Shown one piece after another: positions 25,742 through 37,832 of a DNA stretch of 45,889 bases. This stretch comes from a virus. Position 1 is the stretch's first letter, and each line of letters starts with the position of its first letter. The notes below the pieces were generated by a model that was not told the origin of the DNA, ran no database searches, and was given only the letters and a program-made list of their open reading frames with translations. The position numbers and the translations under genes are program-made. The stretch is from the UHGV virus genome UHGV-1372865. One strand, given 5' to 3'.

Positions 25742-26458
25742 TTGATAAAAGATATTCGTAGATATTGCAAACAACTTTCACTGGGGAAAATTCCTCAGTC
25801 AGATTTTTTCACAGAATCAACTTATGTAAATGGTAGAGGAAAAGAGTATCCTTGCTACAATGTCACTAAGAAAGGTTGTGAATTTATCGCTCACAAGTTG
25901 ACCGGATTAAAAGGTACAGAGTTCACAGCGAAGTACATCAACCGTTTTCACGATATGGAAGATACGATTCGAGAAGGTATTCCGTTAAAGAAGAAACCTA
26001 CTCACAAAGAAAAACTCCCATCTGTCAACCAGATGGTTAAGAACATCAAAGGTGCTCTCAATGATGCAGGAGTAGACTCTAAGTACATAGCTGCTGAAAT
26101 TATCCGCATTTATTCAGACAACGGGTATCCAGTGAAAGTGCCGCTGATTTCAGAAGTTCCGGTCTTGTGGGATTGCACCACGATGGCGAAAGAGTTTGGT
26201 ATTTTATCGGAAAGTGGCAGACCACACGATAAGGCAGTAAGTGCTATCATTCAGAAGTTGGATGTTTCAGAGGCCGAAATTGTAAAGACAGCTTATAGCA
26301 GGAATGGACATGACGGCGTTACCATTCAATACAAAGATTCCGTTTTCCAGAAAGTAAAAGAATGGCTGGAGGAAAATGGGTATCCAACACTCATTGAGCA
26401 TCAGTTATCAAATGGTAATACAAATAAATGCAAAGTTGTTTATCAGGAGGTGGCGTAA
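25742..26458 (+). CDS. Rha-like antirepressor with a TTG start; its C-terminal domain resembles that of the BRO-N antirepressor at 1922
   Basis: ..YNVTKKGCEFIAHKLTGLKGTEFTAKYINRFHDMED (pRha core); C-terminal GRPHDKAVSAIIQKLDVSE compared with GKPADKAVNEIIRRLDLSE in the 1922 protein. Confidence 0.55.
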   Translation: MIKDIRRYCKQLSLGKIPQSDFFTESTYVNGRGKEYPCYNVTKKGCEFIAHKLTGLKGTEFTAKYINRFHDMEDTIREGIPLKKKPTHKEKLPSVNQMVKNIKGALNDAGVDSKYIAAEIIRIYSDNGYPVKVPLISEVPVLWDCTTMAKEFGILSESGRPHDKAVSAIIQKLDVSEAEIVKTAYSRNGHDGVTIQYKDSVFQKVKEWLEENGYPTLIEHQLSNGNTNKCKVVYQEVA

Positions 26459-26459
26459 G

Positions 26460-26879
26460 ATGAATTTATATGAAAAAATTAAGAGAGAAAACTTGATGAT
26501 CCCTGTTGCATTTAGAATGAAATTTGAACAGGCAGAAGATTTGTTGAACCATGCTCTCGGCGACTTTGAGCTTGCGTTATCATCATTTAGATTTGGCTAT
26601 ATGCAAGGGCAGAGAGCAGAAAAAGCGAACAATACTAAAGCGGAAAATAATCAGTTTCAGAGCCTCTTGTCGCAGTTAAGACCGGAAGATTATAGAATTA
26701 AACGCCAGATAGAAGCAATCTTATACGGGTATTTGGATAAACGTGACAGACTTCCAGATACAGAGCAGTGTGATCGTAAGAAATCCATTGTGAAGATTGT
26801 GGAGAATATGGAAAATGAAGAGTGTTTGGAACTTGTAGAACGGTTCGCTAAAAATCTGGCAAGTAGTGAGGTGGCGTAA
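26460..26879 (+). CDS. Hypothetical protein
   Basis: GGAGGTGGCGtaagATG; 139 aa. Confidence 0.45.
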   Translation: MNLYEKIKRENLMIPVAFRMKFEQAEDLLNHALGDFELALSSFRFGYMQGQRAEKANNTKAENNQFQSLLSQLRPEDYRIKRQIEAILYGYLDKRDRLPDTEQCDRKKSIVKIVENMENEECLELVERFAKNLASSEVA

Positions 26880-27102
26880 TGAAAGAGAATAGAGAGAAAT
26901 TAAGCACAGCGGCTAAATATAAGAAGAACTTCATTATCAGCAAGCTGAAAGAAATGGACGAATGTCATATAAATCGCGTATATGCCTTTATGCAAGGCTG
27001 TACTGGAAATCCGGTCAAATAACTAAATACAGTAATCAGGGCATCTATCAGAAATGGTAGGTGCTCTTTTTATACAAATTTTTAACACGAGGTGGTGAGT
27101 AA

Positions 27103-30100
27103 ATGGCAGATGGAAAAGTTGTAATTGAAACAGATCTGGATTCTTCCGGGATAGAAAAAGGACTTTCAAAGCTTGGGAGTATAACAGCAAAAGGGATGAA
27201 AGCGGCAACGGTAGCGATCACGGGAACTGCAGCAGCACTTGGTGGAGTTGCAGCAGCGGCAATCAAGGTGGGTTCTGATTTTGAATCTCAGATGTCTAGA
27301 GTTAAGGCTATCTCCGGAGCAACAGGAGAAGAGTTTGAGCAATTAAAGGAACAGGCAATGCAGTTAGGTGCTGATACCTCGTTTTCTGCCAGTCAGGCAG
27401 CAGAGGGAATGGAGAATCTGGCAGCAGCTGGTTTTACTACATCCGAGATTATGAGTGCAATGCCGGGACTTTTAAATCTGGCAGCGGCATCCGGTGAAGA
27501 TCTGGCGAGCAGTTCGGATATTGCAGCATCAACCTTAAGAGGATTTGGACTGGCGGCATCCGATGCAGCACACGTTGCGGATGTTCTGGCGGCGAATGCA
27601 AACCGTACGAATTCCTCTGTAGCAGATACCGGAGAGGCAATGAAGTATATAGCTCCTCTTGCAAGGGCAGCAGGACTTAGTTTGGAAGAGACAGCAGCGG
27701 CAATCGGAATCATGGCGAATGCCGGAGTGAATGGCAGTCAGGCTGGTACTTCTTTAAGAGGAGCGTTATCACGGCTTTCAAAGCCAACGAAAGACATGTC
27801 TGAGGCTATGGATGAACTTGGAATTTCCTTCTACGATTCCAACGGGAAAATGAAATCCCTGACGGAACAGGTTGGAATGCTCAGACAGGCAACAGAGGGA
27901 ATGACGGATGAGCAGAAAAATAATTATCTGGTCACCCTGTATGGACAAGAAGCATTGTCCGGTATGCTGGCATTGATCAATGAGGGAGAAGGTTCTCTCG
28001 GAGAACTGACGAATGCCTATAAGAACTGTGATGGTGCAGCTCAAAAGGCAGCAGAAACAATGCAGGACAATCTATCTGGTGCATTAGAGCAGCTTGGTGG
28101 ATCAGCAGAAACATTAGGTCTGGCGTTTTACAACAGTGTAGCGGACAATCTGAAAAATGCAGCAAAGACAGCAACAGAAAGCATCAACAATATCACAGAT
28201 TCTTTCAATAACGGTGGTCTGAATGAAGCGATCCAGACAGCAGGTGATGAATTTGCGAATCTTGCAATAGAAGCGGCATCCCATGCCCCAGAAATGGTGG
28301 ATACAGCAGTGGATTTCATAGAATCCTTTGCTTCTGGAATTGCTTCGAACAAAGGAAGGATTCTCGGTGCGGCCGGAGAGATGGCGGAGTCTATGGCATC
28401 CGGTCTGGCAGAGCTGTTACCATCCAAACTGCAAGAGCCGGTTGAGGATGCAATTGATGCAGTGGCAGAGTCATTGAGTGATGGTGGATTAAAAGAAGCA
28501 GCAGAGACAGCAGCGGACACATTGGATAATGTAGTGGATGCTGTTGGAAATCTGGCTGATAAAGCGCTTCCGCCATTGACAAAGGCACTGGACTTTGCAG
28601 GAGAGAATCTGGACTTGATCGCAGCATCAGCAACGGCAGCTTTTACTGCATTTAAAGGATATAAAGTTGTCAATGAAACAACATCTATATTAAAAAAAGG
28701 TGTGAAAACATGGAAGACCGCTTCTGCAGCAGTGGATGCTTACTATGCTGCACAGCTTCTGGCTATGGAAAGTGGTGTTGCAACAAACGCTACACTTACA
28801 GCGGGGCAAGCAGTTGTTGGCATGTTTACAGGAAAGGTGAATTTAGCCACAAAAGCACAAACTCTTTGGAACGTTGCTATGAAAGCGAATCCGATTGGTC
28901 TTGTGATTTCTGCGGTAGCAGCTCTGGCAGCAGGTCTTGGTGTTTATGCTTTGACGCAGAAAGAAGCGGAGTCTGCTACAGATAAAGCCAATAAAAAACT
29001 GGCAGAGCAGGCAGAAGCAATCAGAGAAACTCAGGCTGCAAGACAAGATGAAGTTGCCGGAATTCAGACGCAGTTTGGTTATTATCAGCAACTATGGGAT
29101 GAGTTACAGGGAATTGTTGACCAAAATGGGAAGATAAAGGAAGGATATGAGGAACGTGCAGCCTTTATTACATCCACATTATCCGAAGCACTTGGCGTAG
29201 ATATTGAAACGACAGATGGAGTAATACAGAAGTATGGTGAGTTAACGCAATCCATAGATCAAGTTATTCAAAAGAAAAAAGCAGAGGCAATATTGTCCGC
29301 TTATGAGGATGATTATACTACAGCGATAAAGAATCAGACACAAGCAGCAAAAGAAGTTTCTCGCACATTTGACGATTATTCTGAGGCACTAAGAGCATCC
29401 GAAGAAGCAACAAGAAAGTTGGAAGATGCCACTGCGTCAATGACTACAGAACAGGCAGCAGGTTCTTTTGAAATCATGCGTCTTCAACAAGCACAGATGG
29501 AAGCTGATGCAGAATTACTTGAAGCGGAAAAGGCATTTGATAATGCGAAAACTGCTTCCAATGAGTATTTGACTACGATATCAAATTACGAAGCCGCAAT
29601 GGGGGCAGTTGAATCCGGAAGTGAAAATGCCGCTCTTTCTGTTTTGGCATTGGCAAATGATATGAAACGCGCTGGGGAAGCGAGCGAAGAAGCTTTAAAA
29701 GAACAAGCTGAAAGTTTTCTGCAAAGTTATGACGATATGCGTGCAGCAGCGGCGGAAAAAGGTTCTGGAGTAACGAATGAAATGGTGACTCAAGCTCGTA
29801 TCATGTGGCTCATGGCTCAAATTGAATACGAAAAGGGATCTACTAATAATATCGCTTCGATTGAAGCTTATCAAAATGAAATCAATCAATTACTCGGAAA
29901 TTCAGGAAATCCAGAAGCAGCAGCCCAAGAAGCGAAAGAAACCACAGAAGCTGCAACGAACGCTTTACAAGAGGGAAAAGAACCAGTGAAGCAAGCAGCG
30001 AAAGACGCTATCGAGGGTGGCGTCAGTGAGGGAGCGGCAGAGGCAGATACTTCTACGGTTCCTGCTCAAAAAGGAAAAGAGGCGGCGGATAGTACTGCGA

Positions 30101-31320
30101 ATTCTGTAAACAGTGGAAAAACTGCGATCAATGAAGCAGCAAAAAGCGCTGTGAATGAGATCAATACAGGTGCAAGTACTACAGATACGACAACGGTTCC
30201 TTCCAGCAAAGGAAGTGAGGCAACACAGTCTCTGATTGATGCACTGTATGCGAATTCCAATGCCGTATTGATGGCAGCGGCTTCCTTAGGCGGTCAGATT
30301 CCACAAGGGTTGAATGGCATGGATATGTTGTCAGCTACGGCAGGATTTGGAAACAACGTAGGTTTTGGACTATCATCCTCTTTGAGTGGCCAAGCCCCGG
30401 TTGTGCAGGCGGCTGCATCAGGATTGGAAAATGCGGCTTTATCAGGACTTTCATCTGCAAATGTTTCGGGACAAGCGCAGGCAATGGGAAGTCAGATTGC
30501 AAACGCGCTTGCAAATGGAATTGTTGGTGGTTCTGGATCAGTAAATGCGGCGGCATCTACATTAGGCGGCAATGCAGCGGTGGCATTGTCAAATGTCAAG
30601 CTTTCCGAAAAAGGAAAACAGGAAGGAAAGAAACTTGGTGATGGTTTAAAGAGCGGGATTGATTCTGGCAAGAAAAATGCGGAGTCATCTGCCAAAAGTC
30701 TTGGAGACGGAGCTGTATCCGGTTTAAGTAGCGTTGGAATGAGAAGCAAAGCGTACGATCAAGGATTGAATTTTTCCTATGGTCTTGCAAATGGTATTTC
30801 GGCTGGAAGCTCCGCGGCTATTTCCGCAGCTATCGCAGTTGCTTCTTCTGCACTGGCAGCAGCGAAAAGGGAACTTGATGAGCGTTCTCCATCCAAAAAG
30901 ACAAGGGAATTTGGTCAATTCTTCAGTAAAGGTCTGGCGTTGGGTATTAAGGATGAAGAAAAGTCAGTTGTAAAATCTTCCCGGAATATTTCAAACGCAG
31001 CACTGGAATCTATTGACCTATCTACTGTTTCAGCACGGATGCGAGAGGTTATGGCTTTTAATGCATCCAGAGTAGCGAATCGTCCAGCAACATCTGTTAT
31101 GCAGTACAAGATGGATAACGCAGAAATCAGAAATCTTCAGCAACAGAATCAAGCGATTCTGAATGCAGTGGCAGGACTTTCTGATCTGGCAAAACGTCCG
31201 ATCGAAGTAAGCACAACACTGAATGGAAGAGAATTGATTAAAGAAACAGCAGCTCAAATGCTGACAGAACAGCAAAGAATTACAGATTTTAAGAAATTAC
31301 TGAAAGGAGAACGTACATGA
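27103..31320 (+). CDS. Tail tape measure protein (TP901-type core)
   Basis: 1405 aa, Ala/Ser/Gly-rich; ..SQAAEGMENLAAAGFTTSEIMSAMPGLLNLAAASGEDLASSSDIAASTLRGFGL.. is the tape-measure core motif; GAGGTGGTGAGtaaATG. Confidence 0.9.
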   Translation: MADGKVVIETDLDSSGIEKGLSKLGSITAKGMKAATVAITGTAAALGGVAAAAIKVGSDFESQMSRVKAISGATGEEFEQLKEQAMQLGADTSFSASQAAEGMENLAAAGFTTSEIMSAMPGLLNLAAASGEDLASSSDIAASTLRGFGLAASDAAHVADVLAANANRTNSSVADTGEAMKYIAPLARAAGLSLEETAAAIGIMANAGVNGSQAGTSLRGALSRLSKPTKDMSEAMDELGISFYDSNGKMKSLTEQVGMLRQATEGMTDEQKNNYLVTLYGQEALSGMLALINEGEGSLGELTNAYKNCDGAAQKAAETMQDNLSGALEQLGGSAETLGLAFYNSVADNLKNAAKTATESINNITDSFNNGGLNEAIQTAGDEFANLAIEAASHAPEMVDTAVDFIESFASGIASNKGRILGAAGEMAESMASGLAELLPSKLQEPVEDAIDAVAESLSDGGLKEAAETAADTLDNVVDAVGNLADKALPPLTKALDFAGENLDLIAASATAAFTAFKGYKVVNETTSILKKGVKTWKTASAAVDAYYAAQLLAMESGVATNATLTAGQAVVGMFTGKVNLATKAQTLWNVAMKANPIGLVISAVAALAAGLGVYALTQKEAESATDKANKKLAEQAEAIRETQAARQDEVAGIQTQFGYYQQLWDELQGIVDQNGKIKEGYEERAAFITSTLSEALGVDIETTDGVIQKYGELTQSIDQVIQKKKAEAILSAYEDDYTTAIKNQTQAAKEVSRTFDDYSEALRASEEATRKLEDATASMTTEQAAGSFEIMRLQQAQMEADAELLEAEKAFDNAKTASNEYLTTISNYEAAMGAVESGSENAALSVLALANDMKRAGEASEEALKEQAESFLQSYDDMRAAAAEKGSGVTNEMVTQARIMWLMAQIEYEKGSTNNIASIEAYQNEINQLLGNSGNPEAAAQEAKETTEAATNALQEGKEPVKQAAKDAIEGGVSEGAAEADTSTVPAQKGKEAADSTANSVNSGKTAINEAAKSAVNEINTGASTTDTTTVPSSKGSEATQSLIDALYANSNAVLMAAASLGGQIPQGLNGMDMLSATAGFGNNVGFGLSSSLSGQAPVVQAAASGLENAALSGLSSANVSGQAQAMGSQIANALANGIVGGSGSVNAAASTLGGNAAVALSNVKLSEKGKQEGKKLGDGLKSGIDSGKKNAESSAKSLGDGAVSGLSSVGMRSKAYDQGLNFSYGLANGISAGSSAAISAAIAVASSALAAAKRELDERSPSKKTREFGQFFSKGLALGIKDEEKSVVKSSRNISNAALESIDLSTVSARMREVMAFNASRVANRPATSVMQYKMDNAEIRNLQQQNQAILNAVAGLSDLAKRPIEVSTTLNGRELIKETAAQMLTEQQRITDFKKLLKGERT

Positions 31321-32789
31321 CACTTTCTGTGAAGTTCAATGACATCGAATTAGGAAAGTACATCGAAGTACTACAGGGATTTACACCGTTTGTCGGTGCT
31401 GACTGGAATCCATCGTTTGTGAAGGCAGAAAAACAGAATGGAAGTGATTTTGCTTACACGTCATACGAGAACAAACAAATTGTGATGCCGTTTACGATTG
31501 AGGGTAATCTGGAAGAGAAGTACGATGCTTTACAGAAAGCATTAAAAGTAGATGAACCAAAAAAGTTAGTGTTTGGAAATGTTCCGAACAAATGCTTTTA
31601 TGCGATTCCAAGTGGTACTTTAGAATTCAGCGAAGAAACAGAATTTCTGGGAGAGGGAACAATCACATGGTTAATCCCTGACGGTGTAGCATACTCCACC
31701 GCAGAATTCGACTTCTATGGCGTCCAGAATAACGGCTACCAGACCATTACCATCCAAAACAACGGCACCGAATGGGCAGACGTGGACTACGAGATCACGC
31801 ACCAACACGAAAACGGATTTATCGGACTTGTGAGCCAGTATGGAGTGATCCAGCTCGGAAAAGAGGAGGAAGCAGACGGAGAGAACTACGAAGCGTCCGA
31901 AGAACTGTTTAACGGTTACGGCTTGTTTCAAGACGATCATGGAACGTCTTACCAAAATCCGGAAAACACCACACGGGGAACACTCGAAGTACGGAACATT
32001 GCTGGACACAATGTGATGGCGCTAAAAGGTGGACAAGCAACATCCGGATACTGGAATGGTGGAATGAAAACACTTACTATCCCGGTGGACAGTGAGGGCA
32101 GACGTGGAGCGAAGAACTTTTACTGTTACACCCAGCACTGGTTTGAAACCGGATTAATGGGGCAGACAGGAGCGCAGACCATTGCATTTCTGACAGGAGA
32201 TAACAAGGTGATCTGCGCCATGTCTATTAACAAGAGTGATACGGTTGGCAATACGGCGCATGTGGACTGGTTTGCCCCTCAAAACAAGAAAATTAAGACA
32301 CTGGATTTCCAGCCGACATCCTACGAGGATAACCCGTTTAATTTAAAAATGGGCGGCGGACACAATGACTTTTTAAAAGAGGGTGACAAGTTGCGTATTT
32401 TCTGGTACGGGAAGTATTACCACTTTACTATCCCAGAGATCAAAGATATGGAATGCGAGAAAATCCAGATCTGGATCGGGCAGTGGGGAAGTAGAGATCT
32501 TGGAAATCAGCTGGTTACGCACAATTATTTAAAAAGTATCTGGTTCCGTAAGGATAACGTGGAAAAATACCGAGATGTGCCGAACCGGTACCGTGCCGGA
32601 GATGTGGTGTCTATAGACGGGGAGAGTACGAAGGTCTACGTTAATGGGATGGTGGCTAAGGGAGATGAGATTAATGGATCCAATTATCCAAAAGTGCCAC
32701 CCGGAACAACAGAAGTGCAGTTCTGCTATTCTTCCTTTTCTTCTCCACCGCCACAGATTAAAGCGAAAATACGGGAGGTGTATTTATAG
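31317..32789 (+). CDS. Distal tail protein (Dit), enlarged to 490 aa
   Basis: ATGA overlap with the tape measure; sits in the conserved TMP-Dit-Tal order. Confidence 0.55.
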   Translation: MTLSVKFNDIELGKYIEVLQGFTPFVGADWNPSFVKAEKQNGSDFAYTSYENKQIVMPFTIEGNLEEKYDALQKALKVDEPKKLVFGNVPNKCFYAIPSGTLEFSEETEFLGEGTITWLIPDGVAYSTAEFDFYGVQNNGYQTITIQNNGTEWADVDYEITHQHENGFIGLVSQYGVIQLGKEEEADGENYEASEELFNGYGLFQDDHGTSYQNPENTTRGTLEVRNIAGHNVMALKGGQATSGYWNGGMKTLTIPVDSEGRRGAKNFYCYTQHWFETGLMGQTGAQTIAFLTGDNKVICAMSINKSDTVGNTAHVDWFAPQNKKIKTLDFQPTSYEDNPFNLKMGGGHNDFLKEGDKLRIFWYGKYYHFTIPEIKDMECEKIQIWIGQWGSRDLGNQLVTHNYLKSIWFRKDNVEKYRDVPNRYRAGDVVSIDGESTKVYVNGMVAKGDEINGSNYPKVPPGTTEVQFCYSSFSSPPPQIKAKIREVYL

Positions 32790-35700
32790 TGGATAACATC
32801 AGGATCGCGATTTTAAGCGCGAATAACACACCAGTAGCGTTTATGGACAATCAGCACAAGAAGTCCATGCACTACTGGAAAGACGAATTGCACGAATACT
32901 TACAGGGTGCGGCAAATACTTACACCTTTACGGTGTCCGCAAAGCATCAGGATGCAGAGAATGTTACCGCCGGGAATAAGGTGGCGTTTATACACAAAGG
33001 GAAATCCTACTATCTAAACATCGTAAACACTGAGCAGACAGAGGAGACGATCACAGCTACGGCGTGGTCGTTATCTTTTGAGCTAATCAACGAGGATGCC
33101 GGAGAGTACAAAGCCGGAAAAGCAATGAGCTTTGAGGAGTACCTTGCCGTTTTTGATGCTGAGAGAACACTAAAACTGGGGCTCAATGAGGTATCAGATA
33201 AGCGGATCACCAACGAATGGACAGGTACAACGTCCGTATTAAAGAGATTATTCTCTCTGGCTAATGTATTTTCTGCGGAGATCGAGTTTGAGACAGTGCT
33301 TAACAGCGATTACTCCTTAAAAGAGATTGTGCTGAATGTATATCGGAAACACTCCGATACAGACAGCGGAGTCGGAGAATACCGGAATGACATTGTACTG
33401 CGGTACGGGAAAGGAATTACCGGAATCCGTAAGACCACGGATGCAGAAAAGTTATATACATGCATCCAGCCGACCGGAAAGGACGGTCTGACAATCAATG
33501 GTCTTGACAAGAAAGAATACGATGAAAACGGGAATATCGAGTACTTTACAGACGGTGCGATCATCCGGGCACCACAGGCAAGAGACCGGTTTCCGTCCAA
33601 TATCGTGAATAAAGAGGATGCTTATATCCTGATGCGGAAAGAGTATGATACAGACAGCAAGGACAAGCTCTATAGCATGGCTCTGTCTGATCTTAAAACA
33701 GCATCCGAACCGGTGGTGACTTACGAGGTGGACGGATATTTTGACACCAACATCGGGGATACGGTAAGGATGCAGGATCAGGAGTGGACACCAGTCCTTT
33801 ATCTACAGGCAAGAGTATCAGAACAGATCAGGAGTCTTACCAATCCAAAAACTGCAAAGACGGTATTTACAAACTACAAAGAGCTTACATCCGAAATTTC
33901 GGATAGCTTGTTGCAGAGGATGGAAGATCTTATCAACAAAAATAAGGTCTACACTTGTTCCATCTCCACCAACAATGGCATCATCTTTAAAAATGGTATC
34001 GGCAGCACTACTCTGACAGCTTACGCTTACGATAACGGCGTGGACGTGGCAGACAAGCTACAATTCCGGTGGAGCAAAGATGGCACAGAGTTTTATGTTG
34101 GTAAGAGTGTTACGGTAAATGCTACTGACGTGGATACAAAGGCGGTGTACTCGTTTGAGGCTATGGAAAATGGGATAAAACGTGGGTATTACGAGGTTAC
34201 GATTGCAGATTTAATGGATGGAGAGGACGGAAAAGACGGGGAACAGGGTCCGCAAGGTGAGAAAGGAGAGCAAGGCGAACAGGGACCTCCGGGACCACAA
34301 GGCGCTCCGGGATTGGATGGTATACAGGGTCCAAAGGGGGATCAGGGAATCCCGGGAAAAGATGGGAAGGACGGAAAAACACAGTACACCCACATCGCCT
34401 ATGCGAACAGCGCAGACGGTAGGACAGATTTTTCCGTGTCCGACAGTAATAGGGAATATATCGGAATGTATGTTGATTTTGCGCAAAATGACAGCGCAGA
34501 CCCGACAAAATACGCATGGAGTAAGATCAAAGGCACAGACGGGGCGATCGGAACACCCGGAAAGCCGGGAGCTGATGGAAAGACCCCGTATCTACATATC
34601 GCCTACGCAAACAGTGCTGATGGAAAGACGGGATTTTCCACCACGGATGGTACAAATAAGCTCTATATCGGGCAGTATACAGATTATATACAGGCAGACA
34701 GTGCAGATGCTACGAAGTATACATGGACAAAGATCAAAGGCGAACAGGGGGAACGTGGGCTACAAGGGCTGCAAGGAGAAAAAGGCGAACAGGGGATTCC
34801 TGGAACAGCTGGTGCGAATGGAAAGACCAGTTATTTCCACATCAAGTATTCTTCTGTGGCAAAGCCGACAACGTTCAGTCAGATGACAGAGACGCCGTCT
34901 GCTTATATTGGAACTTATGTGGACTTTGTACAGGAAGATTCTACAGATCCTGCAAGATATACCTGGTCGCAGTTTAAAGGATCGCAAGGCGTAAAAGGAG
35001 ATCAGGGAATTGCTGGTAAGAATGGTGCAGATGGGAAAACAAGTTATTTACATATCGCCTACGCAAACAGCGCAGATGGAAAGACAGGGTTTGATGTTTC
35101 GAATAGCGCTGGGAAGTTTTATATTGGACAGTATACAGATTTCACGCAAGCGGATTCTACAGACCCGACGAAATACGCATGGACAAAAATCAAAGGCGAA
35201 AATGGAAAAGACGGAACAAACTCAAGAAGCTACATCCTGGAAGCGTCCGATACCGCTATTAAAAAAGGTGCAGACGGAGCTTTAACACCATCTAAAATAA
35301 CATTCCGGTCGTTTTATCGAGATGGAGACAGTGCGACAAGGATACCATATAATGGTAGATTTAAAATCGAAGAGTCAACCAACGGAACATCATACTCCGT
35401 GAAATACACCTCATCTGCGAACGAAAGTGCAAAGGAGTATACACCGACTGCAACTGCGAAAATACTCCGTTGCACGCTTTACAGCGCAGACGGGACTATA
35501 AATGCTTTGGATACGCAGAGTGTTGTTGTGCTTACGGATGTGGATAATTTGGAGATTGGCGGTAGGAATTTACTATTAAACACAGGGTTTAATACTTTTA
35601 ACCATTGGATTAAAGGTAGTAATACAAAATCTCTCCAGATGGTTAATGGATGGTGTGAAGTTACGATTGGTGGGACATGGTCTGGATTTGTTCAAGAATT

Positions 35701-37750
35701 TATACCAGAAAAAAATGTTGAATACATAGTGAGTTACGAAGCGTATCTGGTAGACACTGTTGCTGAAACTGCTGTGTTAGAAACAGATTTTGGTACTCCA
35801 GATCAAAATCAAACAATTAACAAAACGCCTGCAAAATATTCATTGAAATTAAAATATCCATCTACATCTTTAAATGGAAAAATAGATTTCATGTTATCAA
35901 ATAATGAAGTGGGTAAAAAATGGAGAATTCGAAATATCAAACTTGAAAAGGGTAATAAAGCCACAGACTGGTCTCCCGCTCCTGAGGACATAGAAACTTT
36001 AGTAGTAACATTGTCCAACGATTCCCAAACAGTAGCAACAGACACAAACGGAAACGGTGGAAACTTTATAGATTGCTCTACAAAAGTGCAGGTTTACAAC
36101 GGCGCACAGGACGTTTCAGAAGTCGCTACTTACACCGTAACAAAATCTTCCGGAATTGCTGGTACATGGGATTTAAGTACACGTACTTACAAGGTATCCG
36201 CTCTATCTACGGATAACGGATGGGTTGACATTAAAGTAACATACAACGGAAATTCTATCACAAGACGGTTTACGGTTTCGAAATCGAAACAGGGCGCGCA
36301 GGGAGCAACGGGACCTCAAGGTGATAATGGACCACAAGGGCCGGCGGGGACGTCTGGAAGAGGGATAAAAACTATTACAGAATATTATTTGATTTCTTCC
36401 GCAAAAACAGGAATTACAACAGCGTCAAGCGGTTGGAGTACATCAGTTCCGACGATGACAGCAACAAATAAATACTTGTGGAACTATGAAAAATTTACGT
36501 TTACAGATAATACGACAGCGACCACTACACCAAAAATAATCGGGATATACGGAGACAAAGGAACAACAGGAGCTACTGGTCCGCAAGGACCTCAAGGAAA
36601 TACAGGTGCTACTGGACCGCAGGGGCCACAAGGAGCGACTGGCCCGAAAGGACCGCAGGGGGCAACTGGTGCAACGGGACCACAAGGGGTAACTGGAAAC
36701 GGAATAAAGTCTATCACGAATTATTATCTTGCAACGGCAAGCGGAAGCGGTGTGTCGGCGTCCACATCAGGATGGACTACAACTGTACAAGCAATAACGG
36801 CGTCAAAAAAATATCTGTGGAATTATGAAGTTGTTACCTATACAAATGGTAGCACGTATCAATCAGCACCATGTATCATCGGGGTATATGGTGATAAGGG
36901 AGCGACAGGTGCTACAGGAGCAACAGGACCAAGTGGCATAATTGTATCTTCTACGGCTCCGTCAAATCCTAAAGTTGGCCAGTTATGGCAGACAGCAAGT
37001 GGAGAGCCGATTAAGAGATGGGATGGAAGTAGGTGGGTGATCCATTATATTTCTGTTGATAACTTAAACGCACAGACTTTAAGTGCGATAGCGGCAGATC
37101 TTGGAACTGTAACTGCCGGACTTATTAAGGATAAGAATGGAACAATGCTTATCGATGTTACATCCGGAAAGATTATTAGCAAGAAAATCGTGCAAGGAGC
37201 AGTGGAAAATGTTGCGTCATTGAGTAATGCGTATTTGGCTTTCTCCGGTAAGGCTCCGACAACAGATCGAGCTACTATGAGCGTGAACTTGCAAAACATC
37301 ATGTTTACAAATGAAAATACAAGAAAAGCAACGACAATCCAGTTTGAGGATGAAATGATATATGCAAGAAATTCTGTATCCCCACGTATAAGCATATATG
37401 CGTATCGCAATTACGATTCCGGTACCGTGAAAGGTCCATTTACAAGTGCAAACTCCAATAATAACATCCGCGTGGAACTAAAAAGAAGAGGATTTATGGT
37501 AACATGCAAGATCACAATGCTTGCACAATTTCCAGGAAGTGGCGAATACGGGCCATTCAACGAGGTGAAAATTCCAGTAGGATATCGACCGGTTGTGGAT
37601 TTCTTTGCTCCCTATAGTGAAGTTGTAGGATCTAACATATTTGGAACGGGAAGATACGGCATAGGAAAAGATGGGGGGATCAAGATTTATGTGGAGAATG
37701 CCGCATGGACAGAACATCACGCAACGTTCACGTGGATTACAGATGATTGA
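32789..37750 (+). CDS. Tail-associated protein / tail fibre (Tal) with collagen-like G-X-Y tracts and internal module repeats
   Basis: 1653 aa; G-X-Y runs at about residues 480-530, 1170-1190, 1260-1310 and 1365-1385; four repeats of about 50 aa (..[15 protein letters not shown]....YIGQYTD..QADS.DPTKY.W.KIKG) and two longer repeats (GIK.IT.YYL.....G......SGW.T.V....A..KYLWNYE). Confidence 0.8.
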   Translation: MDNIRIAILSANNTPVAFMDNQHKKSMHYWKDELHEYLQGAANTYTFTVSAKHQDAENVTAGNKVAFIHKGKSYYLNIVNTEQTEETITATAWSLSFELINEDAGEYKAGKAMSFEEYLAVFDAERTLKLGLNEVSDKRITNEWTGTTSVLKRLFSLANVFSAEIEFETVLNSDYSLKEIVLNVYRKHSDTDSGVGEYRNDIVLRYGKGITGIRKTTDAEKLYTCIQPTGKDGLTINGLDKKEYDENGNIEYFTDGAIIRAPQARDRFPSNIVNKEDAYILMRKEYDTDSKDKLYSMALSDLKTASEPVVTYEVDGYFDTNIGDTVRMQDQEWTPVLYLQARVSEQIRSLTNPKTAKTVFTNYKELTSEISDSLLQRMEDLINKNKVYTCSISTNNGIIFKNGIGSTTLTAYAYDNGVDVADKLQFRWSKDGTEFYVGKSVTVNATDVDTKAVYSFEAMENGIKRGYYEVTIADLMDGEDGKDGEQGPQGEKGEQGEQGPPGPQGAPGLDGIQGPKGDQGIPGKDGKDGKTQYTHIAYANSADGRTDFSVSDSNREYIGMYVDFAQNDSADPTKYAWSKIKGTDGAIGTPGKPGADGKTPYLHIAYANSADGKTGFSTTDGTNKLYIGQYTDYIQADSADATKYTWTKIKGEQGERGLQGLQGEKGEQGIPGTAGANGKTSYFHIKYSSVAKPTTFSQMTETPSAYIGTYVDFVQEDSTDPARYTWSQFKGSQGVKGDQGIAGKNGADGKTSYLHIAYANSADGKTGFDVSNSAGKFYIGQYTDFTQADSTDPTKYAWTKIKGENGKDGTNSRSYILEASDTAIKKGADGALTPSKITFRSFYRDGDSATRIPYNGRFKIEESTNGTSYSVKYTSSANESAKEYTPTATAKILRCTLYSADGTINALDTQSVVVLTDVDNLEIGGRNLLLNTGFNTFNHWIKGSNTKSLQMVNGWCEVTIGGTWSGFVQEFIPEKNVEYIVSYEAYLVDTVAETAVLETDFGTPDQNQTINKTPAKYSLKLKYPSTSLNGKIDFMLSNNEVGKKWRIRNIKLEKGNKATDWSPAPEDIETLVVTLSNDSQTVATDTNGNGGNFIDCSTKVQVYNGAQDVSEVATYTVTKSSGIAGTWDLSTRTYKVSALSTDNGWVDIKVTYNGNSITRRFTVSKSKQGAQGATGPQGDNGPQGPAGTSGRGIKTITEYYLISSAKTGITTASSGWSTSVPTMTATNKYLWNYEKFTFTDNTTATTTPKIIGIYGDKGTTGATGPQGPQGNTGATGPQGPQGATGPKGPQGATGATGPQGVTGNGIKSITNYYLATASGSGVSASTSGWTTTVQAITASKKYLWNYEVVTYTNGSTYQSAPCIIGVYGDKGATGATGATGPSGIIVSSTAPSNPKVGQLWQTASGEPIKRWDGSRWVIHYISVDNLNAQTLSAIAADLGTVTAGLIKDKNGTMLIDVTSGKIISKKIVQGAVENVASLSNAYLAFSGKAPTTDRATMSVNLQNIMFTNENTRKATTIQFEDEMIYARNSVSPRISIYAYRNYDSGTVKGPFTSANSNNNIRVELKRRGFMVTCKITMLAQFPGSGEYGPFNEVKIPVGYRPVVDFFAPYSEVVGSNIFGTGRYGIGKDGGIKIYVENAAWTEHHATFTWITDD

Positions 37751-37832
37751 TTAAAGGAGCAAATATGGAGATAAGAGCAAGACCATGATGGTCTTATTTT
37801 TATACTTTAAAAACAGAAAGGAAAGTGAGGAT

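Noticed and set aside
28128-28673. 181-aa minus-strand ORF inside the tape-measure gene, and similar ORFs at 27393-27713 and 30492-30749
   Set aside because: These are antisense ORFs in an Ala/Ser-rich, codon-biased gene; no RBS or context supports them.
34197-34987. Several ORFs on both strands inside the tail-fibre gene (for example 34218-34886 +, 222 aa)
   Set aside because: They are by-products of the GC-rich collagen-like G-X-Y and module repeats; the 1653-aa frame is continuous and has the expected Tal architecture.
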